Shown piece by piece: positions 51,509 to 64,000 of a stretch of 64,000 nucleotides of DNA. Below the pieces are notes generated by a model. The model was not told the DNA's origin. It was given only the letters and a program-made list of their open reading frames with translations, and did not search any database. Source of the DNA: Podarcis liolepis (Eukaryota). The translations under genes were made by a program, and so were the position numbers. The stretch lies in assembly GCA_965112155.1 (NCBI GenBank), contig OZ218098.1; one strand, 5' to 3'. Numbering within the stretch: position 1 is the first letter of the stretch; every line of letters starts with the position of its first letter.

Positions 51509-52239
51509 GTTTTACAAATAAAGCACTGCTAGGAGTTGCTTCTTTTCATTTTCCAATGTCATTTTCCCCCCTTAAAAAAGTCTTTTTTTAAAAAAAATTG
51601 CTGAATTTGTTTACTCCTCACTTGATCATTTATTCTTCCATCAAGGCCATAAAAACTATGAGGGAAATTTATTTCTGTTTCACCTCTGAATTGGTAACCC
51701 AAAAGAAACCTATTTCTGTGGAAATATTGCTGACATCTGACTGCCTTGAAGGCAAACAAATGTGTATATATTTGCAGCCAGTTCCACTTTCCATTGGCCT
51801 TCTGGGATACCAATTGTGAAAAATATTTATTCATTTTCTATTTAATATATATTCACTGGGGAGCAGTGGAAACAAAAGCTGCTAATGTAGTATGTAAATC
51901 AAATGATTTTAATCCACTTAATATGGTGACGCTTTGCTGTTGTTGATTAACACCTCCCAATTATCAGGGGAATAGCAAAGCAGTTGGAGTAAGATTAGCA
52001 AAATCCCTATACAAATAAATGGTTTGATGTTTTCAGGCCACTTTAACATCATCACAACCAGACTATGCACTTGTACAATACAAGATCTCAGAGTGGCAAA
52101 ATTCACAGGTCTTGGAGGTGCATACTGCCTCCTCTTTTGCATCTCACCCTTTATTTCTTGATTTTTATGAAAAGTTAGCAGAACATTTCTTCCCAAGGAC
52201 GTTGCTGGAGAGGAATTTATTATTTTTCCTATGGTAAAC

Positions 52240-52252
52240 AAATAAATAAATA

Positions 52253-52291
<39 letters not shown>
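52240..52291. repeat. (AAAT)n/(TAA)n microsatellite
   Basis: Read directly from the sequence. Confidence 0.9.
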
Positions 52292-52293
<2 letters not shown>

Positions 52294-53332
52294 ATTTCAA
52301 AGAAACTTCTCATTTAGACAATAAAGGCTATAGGCAGTGCAGATAATGTTTTTATTTTTGCAACCAATGTTACAAAAGCCATATTGAAATCAGAGTATGT
52401 TTCAAATTTACGTTCTTTTTCAGGGGAGTTGTGAAATTATAATAAAAAAACCTGCTAAACAGCCAGAAAATCATCTGCTGATAAAACTTCTAACCACCAC
52501 TGTGATAAAGCATCAAGAAAAATATACATATAAAAATATATGGCATGAATGCAAGTTATCAAAAGTTCTAATGAAAAGTAATTATTAATAATTGTTTACA
52601 CCTATATGTCCATTGCCGGGGGGGGGGGGGAACTAAACACACAAAAATGTTTAAAATGTGAAATTTGTTTCCAGTTGCATGCCATTTTCCTCCCCCCCAA
52701 TTCAATTTAGCTATTCATTGTCCAAAACACCTTTTTCTATAAAGAACAAAGTTTTCTAACCAATAGGCAAAAAAAGAAGATTTCATTTGAGCCAGAGCAC
52801 GTCACAAAATATCCCTAACCACTGCTGCTACCTGATTAACCAGGGGGTAAATTCAGAAGCATCTGTATGGTAAAATCATGCATTAATGAGTACTTCATTC
52901 ATCGCTACATACCTTAGACCACTTCCTCTCCTTTTGTACCATCGTGCAATTAACCAAGAACAGCTTTCTGACGGTATCATTCGTGTGCTCAGTTTGAAGA
53001 GCAAGACGGAAAACTCTTTCCCTAGAGGTCTGTGAAATTCCAGGGCTGAATGCTTTCCAGAAGAACTGTAAAAAATTCTTTTCAGGTTGGCGTTCAACAA
53101 CTAGGGTTGAACAGGCATCTGATAAAATGTAATTGGGTATTTTGTCAATATACTCCTCTTTTTCTTTTTAGCTACTGATACTTGCTCAAGGACCTTGAGA
53201 AGGAATAGGATAGAAAATGAACTAAATAAATAATATTTAGATCGCCTTGTCCCATATAGGTCTACTCGATCAGCAGAACTGGCACGGTTACAGGTGCTGC
53301 ATAATATTCATTCCACATTTGGAATAAATCAG

Positions 53333-53582
53333 TCTTTTAGTGTGGAATGCCCTGCCTATTGACATCAGACAGGCACATTCATTGTATTTTTTCCAGTACT
53401 TGCTAAAAACATTACCCAGATATGTAGAATGTTTGCATGTGTTTTAATCTGTTTTTAGCTTATCACTGATTTTAATTTTATTTGAATTTTAAAATAGTTG
53501 TTTCTACTGATAATTGCATTCCTTTTGTAAACCACCTTGTGTTTTTTGAGGGTGTTTTTTACAATCAAGCAGTATATAAATT
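53333..53582 (+). mobile_element. L2 LINE 3' fragment
   Basis: tgtggaatgccctgcc...AT-rich UTR...tgtaaaccacctt...acaatcaagcagtatataaat. Confidence 0.65.
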
Positions 53583-54203
53583 TAGGCAGTATATATATAG
53601 CTTACAAACTTTTCTCAAATTAAAAGAGAGTGAGAATCTTAAGCATTAAATCATAACATAAAGAAGCAAATAACTATTTTGAGGAAATGATGCAATGGCT
53701 CAGAAACACTAGGAGTCTCTTTTTTAATGCAAAGCTCACTTCTGGGTTTTAATATTTGTGCACTAAATCTTGGCTGTACCACTTGTAAATTTTGACCTGG
53801 GTATTTTTGCTTACTCACACATCTGTGTTACCTGTGAGATGGCCAAGGGTGAATTCAAGTGACAGTAAAGTCAGCAGTGGCCGCTTAAAAACTGCTGGGT
53901 GATGGCTCTAATTGCATGATGAAATGCAATTATTTATCACATCTGGTTACATGAAACCCAGCATCACTGCTTCCCTGTTGTGGGATATTCGCAAAACTGG
54001 TTGACTTTTCCATGTGGAAAGTTGCTAAATGGGTGTTAAATGATGTTTGGATCCACCATGAAGTGCTGTGTGAAATAGAAATAGATTAAAATTGAGTTGT
54101 TTTCAGTGATGCAGCCTAGAATTCCAAGGCCAGCTTCAATGCATGTGAAGTACAAACCTAAATTGGCTTTTAAAAAACGGGACCTAATGATGTGAATTAT
54201 AGT

Positions 54204-54361
54204 CAGTGCTCTTTCTTTTCTTTTTTTAATAGAAAAATGGTTCTGGAACTCACCATAAAGTTGTTATAATAAGTGCCACACTTTTAACATTTGTGGAGGT
54301 GGTGTGTGTGTGAAAGTGCTGGTACTGTGTACCCTTGAGTACCCCCAGAAAAAAAGGACTG
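54204..54361. mobile_element. hAT MITE (158 bp)
   Basis: CAGTGCTCTTTC ... GAAAAAAAGGACTG termini; 8-bp TSD ATTATAGT/ATTACAGT (7/8). Confidence 0.7.
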
Positions 54362-55789
54362 ATTACAGTAATTCTTAAACATTATAAAAGGATTTCTTGG
54401 TCCCAATGATAAAAAACCACGGGTATGTACTTTGCTCAAATCAACAGGAGGCTGAGCAGGATTTACTACACACCAACTGGATATCTTAAGAGCTACAGTG
54501 TTAATTAGATAAGTAGCAGCCTTCCCTATAGTGGCTTTTTAAAAAAGAGAGAGAGACAGAGAAAGAGAAAGGCAGCTATTTAAAAATGATGGTAATTGCT
54601 GGTTGCTTCTGATCTCTTGGGCACATGCTTATATAAGTTCAGTTTGAGTGAGCTTATCTTTATTGTGTAAATAATATTTCTTAAGTCTGGGGACATGCCA
54701 TGTGCTAGCATTCGTCTTAATGTTAACACTCAAATGATAGTTGGTGGCTTGTACATTTCTGTTGCTGGGATCATTTGGTCTGCTACTGTCGGTAAGTGGA
54801 GCTGGGCAAAGCTATCTTGTGGCTCAAAAATAAGCCATTTTCATGCAAAATATGTTTTTAAAATGTAATGGCTGACTTCCCTGCCATGCCAAATTTTAAT
54901 CCATTACTGCTCCCACCCTCTGATATCCAAAAAGAAGAGGACTTTCCTGGACACAGGAAATATTCACAACCATGTACTGAGGGGCCTTGCAAGCCTCCAT
55001 AGTTTCTTCCTGTTGGTGGCTACCATTTGTGCAGACAGTACAGATTGTTTGTTCAGACAGTAGTGAAAGCCTTTGGCAGCCAGGAAAGCATGCATGTCTT
55101 CATAGATTCTGACTGTCAAAGACTCTGATTGTACTGCCATGAGAGGTCACTGCTGGCTGCATGAATCTTTTGACAGGCAGACATGAACAATCTAGGACAA
55201 TCCTTGCCAGGCTAGCAAAGGTTTGCTACAAAGGTTTCCACAGCCTCCACAGTTCAGATGATTCACATGAATGGCTAAGGAAGCGCCTTGACCTCAGGCT
55301 TCAAGAAATCTTGAGCATGCATCACCTTCCAGGACTTCACCAGCAATTCTACTTCTTAATAGTAGTAGAACATACAGTAGCTATTTCATCAACTGGTAGT
55401 GTTATTAGTGCACTTTCTCTTGCTTGATTTGTTAGGTTTCTGGCCAGGGGATGTTACCTCCTGTTTCTCTGCTTGAGGCAAAATAAAAAGTGCCACCACC
55501 TATCTTCTCCTGCTGATGCCAGCCCTTCACCAGATCTCATTTTATTTTTCCTTCTAATATAAATCTTCCCTTCGTAGAGAAAGGTGTAGGATAAGAGTGC
55601 ACAACATCTTTCTTCTTGATGTTGTTGGACATGCTGACTGAGGCTGATGGGAGCTGGAATCCAGCAACACCTGAAGGACATCACACTACCTAGCCCTACT
55701 ATGGGAAATAATAACAAGTATGGACTCAGCCTAAATAATGCTGCTAGTTGTTCATAAGCTGGTTATTGGGAGACTTTAAGGGGTTATAA

Positions 55790-56130
55790 GGGACGCGGGT
55801 GGCGCTGTGGGTAAAACCTCAGCGCCTAGGGCTTGCCGATCACATGGTCGGCGGTTCAAATCCCTGCGGCGGGGTGAGCTCCTGTCTTTCGGTCCCAGCT
55901 CCTGCCCACCTAGCAGTTTGAAAGCACCCCTAAGTGCAAGTAGATAAATAGGTACCGCTTTATAGCGGGAAGGTAAACGGTGTTTCCGTGTGCTGCGCTG
56001 GTGCTGGCTCGCCAGAGCAGCTTTGTCACGCTGGCCACGTGACCCAGAAGTGTCTCCGGACAGCGCTGGCCCCCGGCCTCTTAGTGAGATGGGCGCACAT
56101 GACTGGCCCATATGGGCAGGGGTAACTTTT
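55790..56130 (+). mobile_element. Sauria SINE (near full-length), flanked by a 71-bp direct repeat
   Basis: GGGACGCGGGTGGCGCTGTGG (A box), GGTTCAAATCC (B box), ctagcagtttgaaagcac, gtagataaataggtaccgc and 3' caggggtaactttt. Flanks are 55719-55789 and 56131-56201. Confidence 0.92.
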
Positions 56131-56309
56131 TATGGACTCAGCCTAAATAATGCTGCTAGTTGTTCATAAGCTGGTTATCGAGAGACTTTAAGGGGTTATA
56201 ATGCCGCTGGGAAAATTAAGAGATGGGCTGAGGAAGGGTTTACAAAGAGTGTATAAGGAGACTGACTGAGCTTTTCCTCAGTTGGGTTGCACGCTTCTCT
56301 GAGCTTTTG

Positions 56310-56313
<4 letters not shown>

Positions 56314-56340
<27 letters not shown>
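56314..56340. repeat. (CT)n microsatellite
   Basis: Read directly from the sequence. Confidence 0.9.
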
Positions 56341-56348
<8 letters not shown>

Positions 56349-58290
56349 GCTCAGGGACTGCGCCGCTTCATTATCCACAGAGAAGGAGCATTTGTCAGTT
56401 AAACGTTTACAAAGGGTTCCAAAGGGCCAGTCAGCTGTGTTGGGACAATCCCATTGAGAACGTACACTTTGAGTGGAAATGACAATCCTAAGTGGAAATA
56501 ACTTTAACTGTCACATGCCAGCTGGGTATGCCTAAAGGAAGTAAACTGGCTTTGCTGCTGCCAGCCAAGATACTGGCCAGCTTGCCTAACCCAGCAGATG
56601 AGTTTGCATTGAGAAGTAAGCAACACTTGCTCCCTGCCCAGCAGTAGATGGCTCTAGAGCAAAAGAAGAGTCAAAGGCAGCAACAATTCAAGCAAGGGAG
56701 TAATTAGGTGGAGCACAGAGTGAACAAATGGAATAGAAAGAAAATGACTTGTCCAGAGCTGTTAATAACTAGTAAGAATGCCGCTGTAGGTGCATGTGTA
56801 ACGTTTACTGCATATCACCAGGAAGTTAGAGGTCATAATGGAATATTAAATGACATTTAATTATGGGACTGCGGCTCAATAACAGCCCGGAAGGCAAGAG
56901 GGGGGTATTATGAGCAGATAGTCTAAAAGAAGCAGTGTAATGGAATCTTAAATTTTAAAACTGCATTAAATTTCCCTTCAATAGATTCTAGCCAGCAGTC
57001 ACAATAAAATTAAAGTAGAAGGCTCCCATATCTGTATTTAAACGGGATTAAAACTGAACAAATGACTTTTCTACAGGAATGAGCCTGGCAGATGTAGTGA
57101 AGCAAATGTGTATTAATAGCAGTATAGTCTTAGAAAGTGCTGTTGCGGTAGTGTTGACCTATCAGTGTCCGCTAAAGGCAGAAGGATCATCTAGAGAGCC
57201 CTAGTGAGAGAGCAGAGCATTGTAGGATAATTCTTAGGAATTAACATTTGCCAGGCCTTTTCCTGAGACATAATGTAGCAGCTATAATGAAGTCTGTTGA
57301 GGCAGCATATGATAATACTTTGCATTACCTTTCAAATGTATATTTCAAGTATATCTTTTTTTATTTAAAAAATGTGTTCAAAGGAGCTTAATGTAATCTC
57401 AGTAATCCTTTGGTGGCCTTGGAAGATAGGCCAGTTTTATGCCCCTGTTTTAGAAGGTAAGCTGACCTGACAGAATAGTGGCTTGTCTAAGGGTATGTGG
57501 TAAATTTGTGGCTCAGGTAGGATTTGATCACATTCTTAGCCACTGTCTCATACTCACATGTTAGAACCCAGTCATGTAGCATATAATACCTATGTGTTAG
57601 GACTTTGCCTTGGGTTCTGAGTAATCTGCATCCAGCCCATCTTATAGCCAGCCTCTAGGAACTGAACCCATGCTCCTGAACCAGGTACATTATTTCTGTA
57701 CGTTGGTTCAGTGTTGAGGTTTCCCCATCCTATCCCTGTCACTTGGATTCTGACTATTCCACTGATGGTTTAGGAATAGTGAGGGTTGTGGGTTGGACTT
57801 GGACTGGGGAGACCTGGAGTTCAGTCTCTGCTCATCCACAAAGCTCTTTGGGTTGCATATCACTGGGTGGAATCCATCTGTTGCTCATGCGCTCACAGAA
57901 GAGCTCTTGATTTAGCAGAGGTCTGTCCACCAGCAAAAGAGGAGAGCAGGCAATTCCCCACCCCCTGCTACCTGCAGGCGAAGGTGTTCTCTGAAAATCT
58001 GTTCCAGATTGTTGGGGGACCCTCCAGAACAGGGGGGAAAGTGGTATGCAAGTCTACATGAAGACAGTGGAATCAACAGAGATCCCCTCACCCTTTTCAT
58101 TAGCTGATGCCTTGATCCAAAGCTCTTCTTTCAATGCAAGGGCACTTGTTGGATTTCACCACCTCTCAGCCTTACGTTAAAGGATGAAATGAGAACATCT
58201 CATTTATGCCAGCTTGAACTCAGCTGGGGGCAAGGTGGAGGTAAAATGTAGCAACTGAATAAGGCACTATGACGAAGCTACAGGAATAGC

Positions 58291-58690
58291 TTGGCCTCAG
58301 TAATCCATGCTCTGATAACCTTTCATTTTTATTCCTGCGATACATACTATGCAGGGCTGCCCTTGAAGACCACTTGGAAATTGCAGCTGGTCCGAAATGT
58401 GGTGGTTCATCTCTTGAGCAGAGTCTCCAGTCAGAATAATCTTTCTCCAGTTCTTAAATATTTGCAGTTGTTTCCAATCCATTTCCACTCTGAATTCAAA
58501 GTTTTACAAATGGCATAAAAAGCCCTGGATTACTTGCATGAGGGAAATCCTCTTCCGGTATGTGGCAGTCCAGGGAGTTCAGATCCTCTATGGAGGCTCT
58601 CCTTAATGTCCTAACCTTGGGAATTACACGTAGGCAATCCTTTCCCCTGGCAGCATCCCTGCTCTGGAATGCCTTCCCATCCACTGTTTA
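58291..58690 (+). mobile_element. Degenerate L2 LINE ORF2 C-terminal fragment
   Basis: ORF 58291 VIHALIT...YAGLPLKTTWKLQLVRN...LL...LSPVLKYLQLFPI...FKVL resembles L2 VHALVTSRLDYCN..GLP...KLQLVQNAAARLL; later ctctggaatgccttccc. Confidence 0.8.
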
Positions 58691-58892
58691 ATCTGTCTGT
58701 TTGTTTGGAGCTTTGGCCTGCTTAATGTGAAACTGTTCACGTCCTGTTTTTATTGTGCTTTGCTGTGACTTTAAATGAGATTACTTTGTCTTATTGAATA
58801 TCATTGTTGCCTGCCCAGAGAATGTTTGGATGTAGAGCAGGAGATCAATGAAACTAAGTACAGTACGTAGATAGATATCTAGTTGTTCTATG

Positions 58893-59092
58893 NNNNNNNN
58901 NNNNNNNNNNNNNNNNNNNNNNNNNNNNNNNNNNNNNNNNNNNNNNNNNNNNNNNNNNNNNNNNNNNNNNNNNNNNNNNNNNNNNNNNNNNNNNNNNNNN
59001 NNNNNNNNNNNNNNNNNNNNNNNNNNNNNNNNNNNNNNNNNNNNNNNNNNNNNNNNNNNNNNNNNNNNNNNNNNNNNNNNNNNNNNNNNNNN
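58893..59092. other. Assembly gap (200 N)
   Basis: Run of exactly 200 N, which suggests a fixed-size scaffolding gap. Confidence 0.99.
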
Positions 59093-59104
59093 ATGGAGGG
59101 AGCA

Positions 59105-62100
59105 TGAGGCTCTGCTGGGCTGCTGGGGGTGGGGGTGGGCTTCCATCCTGAAACACCCTTCCTCAGCAGCAGCAAAGCACATCCCCTTTCGCTGACTTGG
59201 CAAGAGGGGAGGTGTTCCACAGAGCTTTGTCACCAGTGTGTCTCCTCCTCTAGGGGCAACGGAGACTGGCAGCAAAGCTGGGTGGCAGAATGCTGTCCCA
59301 CACGATTTTTAGGTCCCTCCTCCATAGAGTACAGGGAAGTGTTTTTTCCCCCCTAATCATGCTTGACTCAGGAGAATATTCAAATGGGATTTTGGAAAAT
59401 GCACCAATACTGCAAAGTCCAATCATTACAAAATAAATATATTTAAAATGGGGAACTTCCTTTTAAAAAAAACAAACACCAAAACTCTTCCAGCTTTATG
59501 GAACCAGAATCATAAAATTGGCAAGCTCTTTTTTATTATTTATGTATATTTTTTGATGAAAATAATGATTTTTTCTATTTAAATATTTGAGGTTGATTAA
59601 TATAGAATATAGAGAGCCTTAATAGTGCATCTCCTAGGTTGTAGATTCTCAACCTTCAAATATATATTTATTGTTTGCTGTGATATTCTTGTCCTCTTGT
59701 GGCAGACGTGGCAGATATTACTGGTAGACATGTCTAATGTACATAATATTTTTTAATGTCTACCAGCAAAGTACATGTCTGCCACATATATATTACAAAA
59801 TCAGTGAAATGAATGCTCTTTGACTCAAGCACCTATTAGTTCTTGTAAACACTTAGACTAGCAGGTAGATGCTTAATGATTTACTGTCTCTGAATTAGTG
59901 AGACTTTTCTTTGATGCTCATGCTTGGCTTTTTCCAGGAAAAAACCCTTCTTCTTTTTTTCAGAAGAAAATTTCTGTAACATTTTAATATAACATCAAGT
60001 ACAACCTCATTTATGTAAGTCACTAGGAAGGCATATACAGATGACTGATGATAATGCCCTGCAGTTGGCCATGACTTCCCAAGGGTATCTGGTTAGGAAC
60101 TGAGAGAACAAAATGCTGGAGTAGCTGAGCCTTTGATCCGATCCAGCAGCGTTCTTGTTATGTTCTTAGAATCAATGTGTCTCAATCTACCTTTGGAATT
60201 CATGTTGGATGGTTCATGGAAGTGACTCCTACACAGAGTGGTGTTAAAAATTTAATTTTAAAAGCTACGTGGGAAACATGGAGCTGTGAGTGTGTTCACA
60301 GAGGAAGTTTACCTCTGGATTGCTGCTGGATCTGCCTCCATTCTTGTAGAGTTTGTACCTGACTGGAAGCAGCTTTGTGAGAAATCCTTTTATAGGTTAG
60401 GGACAGCTGCACTTCGCTCCTACAGTGGTGGTGCAGACAGTATGGAAATTAAGTGTTTTGCTGCTGACATTACTGTTTCAAGAGAGTAAATGCAAACATG
60501 TCCTAAGCTTCAGAGTAATATTTGTGCATCAGTGTTCTAGAATGCAGCAATAAACCTTGGTGGTGGTGGTGGTGGGGATACACTGTGGCAAGATAAATTA
60601 GAGTTGTGTGAGGGGTGAGTTTAGGGAGGCAGCTGGCTATAGCTCTCCTGCCATACCAAACAGTGATTCTTTTGCTACTTGGGAACGATAACAAAAGCAT
60701 GGCCCTGTCCATTTGCAGAAGCAAGCCTCATCTGCATTGTTCAATGAGATGACTTCACAACATTGTTTGGGTAGACTTGTTATTTGAAAAAATACATTTA
60801 CTGTAGTTCAATTTGTCTGCAGCCACAAAATTGCCATGTGCGTGGGCTGTACTATAGCAGGAAAAAAGGGATCTCAGCTGTGGAATGCCATCTTCTCACT
60901 GTAAGTAGGGTATGCAACCTGTTGGTATGCAGACTAATCTTTTGAAGTATGGTCCTCCTTATTTATTCTCCCCCATCTATTTTTTTTCCTTAGCAATTTG
61001 CACAACATAGGTTTCTTTTACTCCCATCTGCTTCCTGTTCAGAGAGTATTCTTGGTTTCAAAAGGCACTTCCTTTTGCCTCCTTTTAAACCCTTGTACGG
61101 TACTCTTCCTTTTTGACGTTTTTGGTTGGCCTTCTTAAAATATGCAAACCATCTGTGCTTTTATATACTGATCTTAAACAGCCCCTACTCCAGATTTGTA
61201 CTTCTTAAATTCGTCCTTCAGCCTATAATTAATCATCTTCCATGTAAATTTTAAACCTGTCATTTTAATGAGGGGAGCCTCTCTTGGCTATATCAAATCC
61301 AGTTGTCTAGTGCTTACTGCAAACCAGCCATGAACATTGCTAGTGTACCACACAGGGCCCTGCCCTTGAAACTTACATGAAAGTCTTCATAATATCCAGG
61401 CCTCCTTTATGTCAATGTTTATATCAAGCCAAATGGGCACTCCAGATGTTCCCTTGTTTATATTTAAGATTTTTCCATCATACGTGGTCTATAATTCTGT
61501 CCAAAAATGTAGTTTTTTACATGTTTTCATTTCTTGTACTGTTAATTTTAATTATTAATTTTAACAGTTTTTAATGATAATTTTAATATTTCTTGTAAAC
61601 TGTTTATATTTACTACAAAAAAGAGATATATAAATGTTAAATTAAACAAAAAAGGGTGGCTCTGATTGCCTGATCCCACAAGCAACTGGACAGCTGCATT
61701 ATACATGTTCTGAAGTCTTCCAAGCTATCTTTAAAGACATCCCTATACTTGGGCACATTACTTGTAGAGTAGAAGCTGGAATGGAGTTTATTAGTAGATC
61801 TCTTGAGTGATTTGTAATGGATTGACAAGGGCTTTCAACTCCCTGCCTATCAGTAGCAACACAAAAGGGCTTCTTCTCTTCCACTCTGGATGCTGAAAGA
61901 AAGGCTTGGGGGAAAACCAAGAGTAGATTTTTTTGTGGAAGGATTTATGAGCTTGTTCTGAAACTGATCACAAATTCCTGGGCTGAGCATGTGCTTAGCC
62001 AAGTGGTTGTATGGTATTTTGCACCTCGCTCTGATTGGTGAATCTCAGGGTTCAAGCTTCTTCCCCCCACCCCCACCCCCCAAGGTAGGTCCCACAAGCA

Positions 62101-64000
62101 TGGCCTGTCCACTCTTGTTACAGAGCATTTCTCTTTTGAAAATTAAAATCTTTGCAAATATAGTAATAGATTAAAAATGTGATAGTGGGTGTGACGTGGG
62201 TGTGGAGAAAATGAGGGTGGTGAAAATTTAATCCCTAATGCTTTTTTCAGCCTGCCTGTTTTTTAAATAGAATTAAAGACTGAATTGGGTTTTATCCAGT
62301 TTCCTGCACTTGGCAACCCTTGTAAGTTGTAACAGATGAAGTTCTACTGTTCCATTCAATGAGCTTCTTCCCATATCTTTCTTTTCTGATGACTTCTTAA
62401 TTCCTTGAGAATTCAACATAGGATTCACATCTGTTCTGTTTGGAGAGAGGTTGAAAGCCCAGTAAAAACGCCCCATTGGGCGTAGAAGTTGTGTGGTACA
62501 TAAAAACTCATATGTTGACATTTTGACTTCACATTTGGATGATGTGGTAAAGTGGGAAAAATACCTTTGGCTAAAGGTATACTTATTGTAAAGATAGATC
62601 CTGTTGCACTTGAGTAAATTAGTACAATTTTAACATATGAGGGGAAGAAAAGGGTGTAGCATTGCAGAAGTGGCTGTTAAAAGATGACTGTTGTGTATGA
62701 AACTGTGGCTGGAGACATGTTTTTTTTCTCCACTTCAAGAAGTTGAAGGTGGCGTGGTGTAAGTATGTATATTTATTCTTTGCTCTGGTAAACATGCTTC
62801 AGTCTCAAAAATCTGCAATAGTTGTTCTGTGGGATAATAATAATAATTAATAATAATTAATTTATTTATATCCTGCCCTCCCCAGCCGAAGCCGGGCTCA
62901 GCTTAAGTACATGTATATACCAAGTACAGTAATGCATCTAGCATCCTTCCTTTGTCTTTCCTAGAATCTATTGTCTGTCACCAGCCTTAGTCATTCATTC
63001 TACATTATAGAGACAGCTCCTGCAAAATGTTTGTCACTAGGAAAACAGAAACAAATTACTGTTGTCTGAACTTCTGTTCATAGTTATTTTGAATCAATGT
63101 CATCTTTTGGAGATGACTGTGATGAGTCAGAATATTGCACAGCATGAAAAACATAGCAGGTAAACATGGTAGGATCATCAAGCAATTCTACACATTGACT
63201 GATATTGGATTTTCAGATTGGATTTTCAGTAAGATGTTCAGAAAATCTCACAATAGCAAAACACCTAGCAGTTGAATTTTTGTGCATTATAATGTGCATG
63301 TTGCTTCTTTAAATGTTATTCTTCTAGTGAGTATGGTTGTAATTTGCTTTGCTTCATAATACACCATGAGGTCTAAACAGTTAAAACCTATTTATTTATA
63401 AATGAGTATTTCTGAAGCATTATTTAGTAGCCTGAAATAGCGTAATAGTTCCTCTCGCCATATGAAAGCTAGCTTATGGTTAAGCCTTTGTGCCTAGGAG
63501 CCTATAAATTTAATTTGTGGCATGTCACCTCATACAAACAAGGAAAACATCCCTTTTCAGATCAAATGGTATATGTCCTGAAAATCTAGAGGTGGTAAAA
63601 TTTTGGTATTTTTGAATGCTCCCTGGTTCCTCTGACGTGAGTGTTTTACATGGAAGAGCATTCAGGAACACAATCCTTCACTTCAGGCTGCAAGTGATAA
63701 AGTATCAAATTCTACCACCTCAAGTCTACATACCAGAGCTCATAGAATAGCTCTGTCAGTTGAGCATCAAATTTTCTGCTATATATTTTAATGTGCAAAA
63801 GAGCCTTTTTCCCTTTGGCTAATCTGTGAAGCAGCTTCCTGGCAGTCTAGCCTGCTTCCCAGCCCTACTGCTCAAGAATTCAGGGGTTTTGCTGTTTAGG
63901 TTCCAATGCCTAAGCATTGATAAAGACTCGCTTCAGCTGTCATTTTCCTTTATTATGTGACTTCTGAGAGGAGTTCTGTCAATTCACGCTTGTTTCACCT
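59105..64000 (+). repeat. Second copy of 37451-42337 (runs off the window end)
   Basis: Colinear, offset about 21.66 kb, with scattered SNPs and small indels; starts 12 bp after the gap. Confidence 0.97.

Noticed and set aside
55790-55870. tRNA-like A and B boxes
   Set aside because: Head of the Sauria SINE, not a tRNA gene.
58781-59275. ORFs spanning the N run
   Set aside because: Artefacts of the assembly gap.

Overview
This is eukaryotic, AT-rich DNA from a squamate reptile, probably a lacertid lizard, judging by its Sauria SINE, BovB, Squam3-like SINEs and lacertid-type L2 tails. The window lies inside one + strand gene, PDIA5 (protein disulfide isomerase A5/PDIR). Five internal coding exons are present: 3413-3549, 27367-27437, 28644-28807, 31708-31838 and 43914-43984. 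They splice in frame through canonical GT-AG sites into 574 nt encoding one complete thioredoxin domain (WCGHC) and the first part of the next (WCPHC). The rest is intron carrying CR1, L2 and BovB LINE fragments, tRNA-derived SINEs, hAT and Tc1/mariner MITEs (several with clear TIRs and TSDs), microsatellites and a few candidate enhancer-like stretches. A 200-N scaffold gap at 58893-59092 is followed by a roughly 98-99% identical copy (estimated by eye) of 37451-42337, most likely an uncollapsed haplotype. Nearly all ORFs in the supplied track are spurious. I found no convincing new multi-gene system. The most unusual items are a 71-bp target-site duplication around a Sauria SINE, the gap-flanking duplication and some small hairpin or duplication structures.
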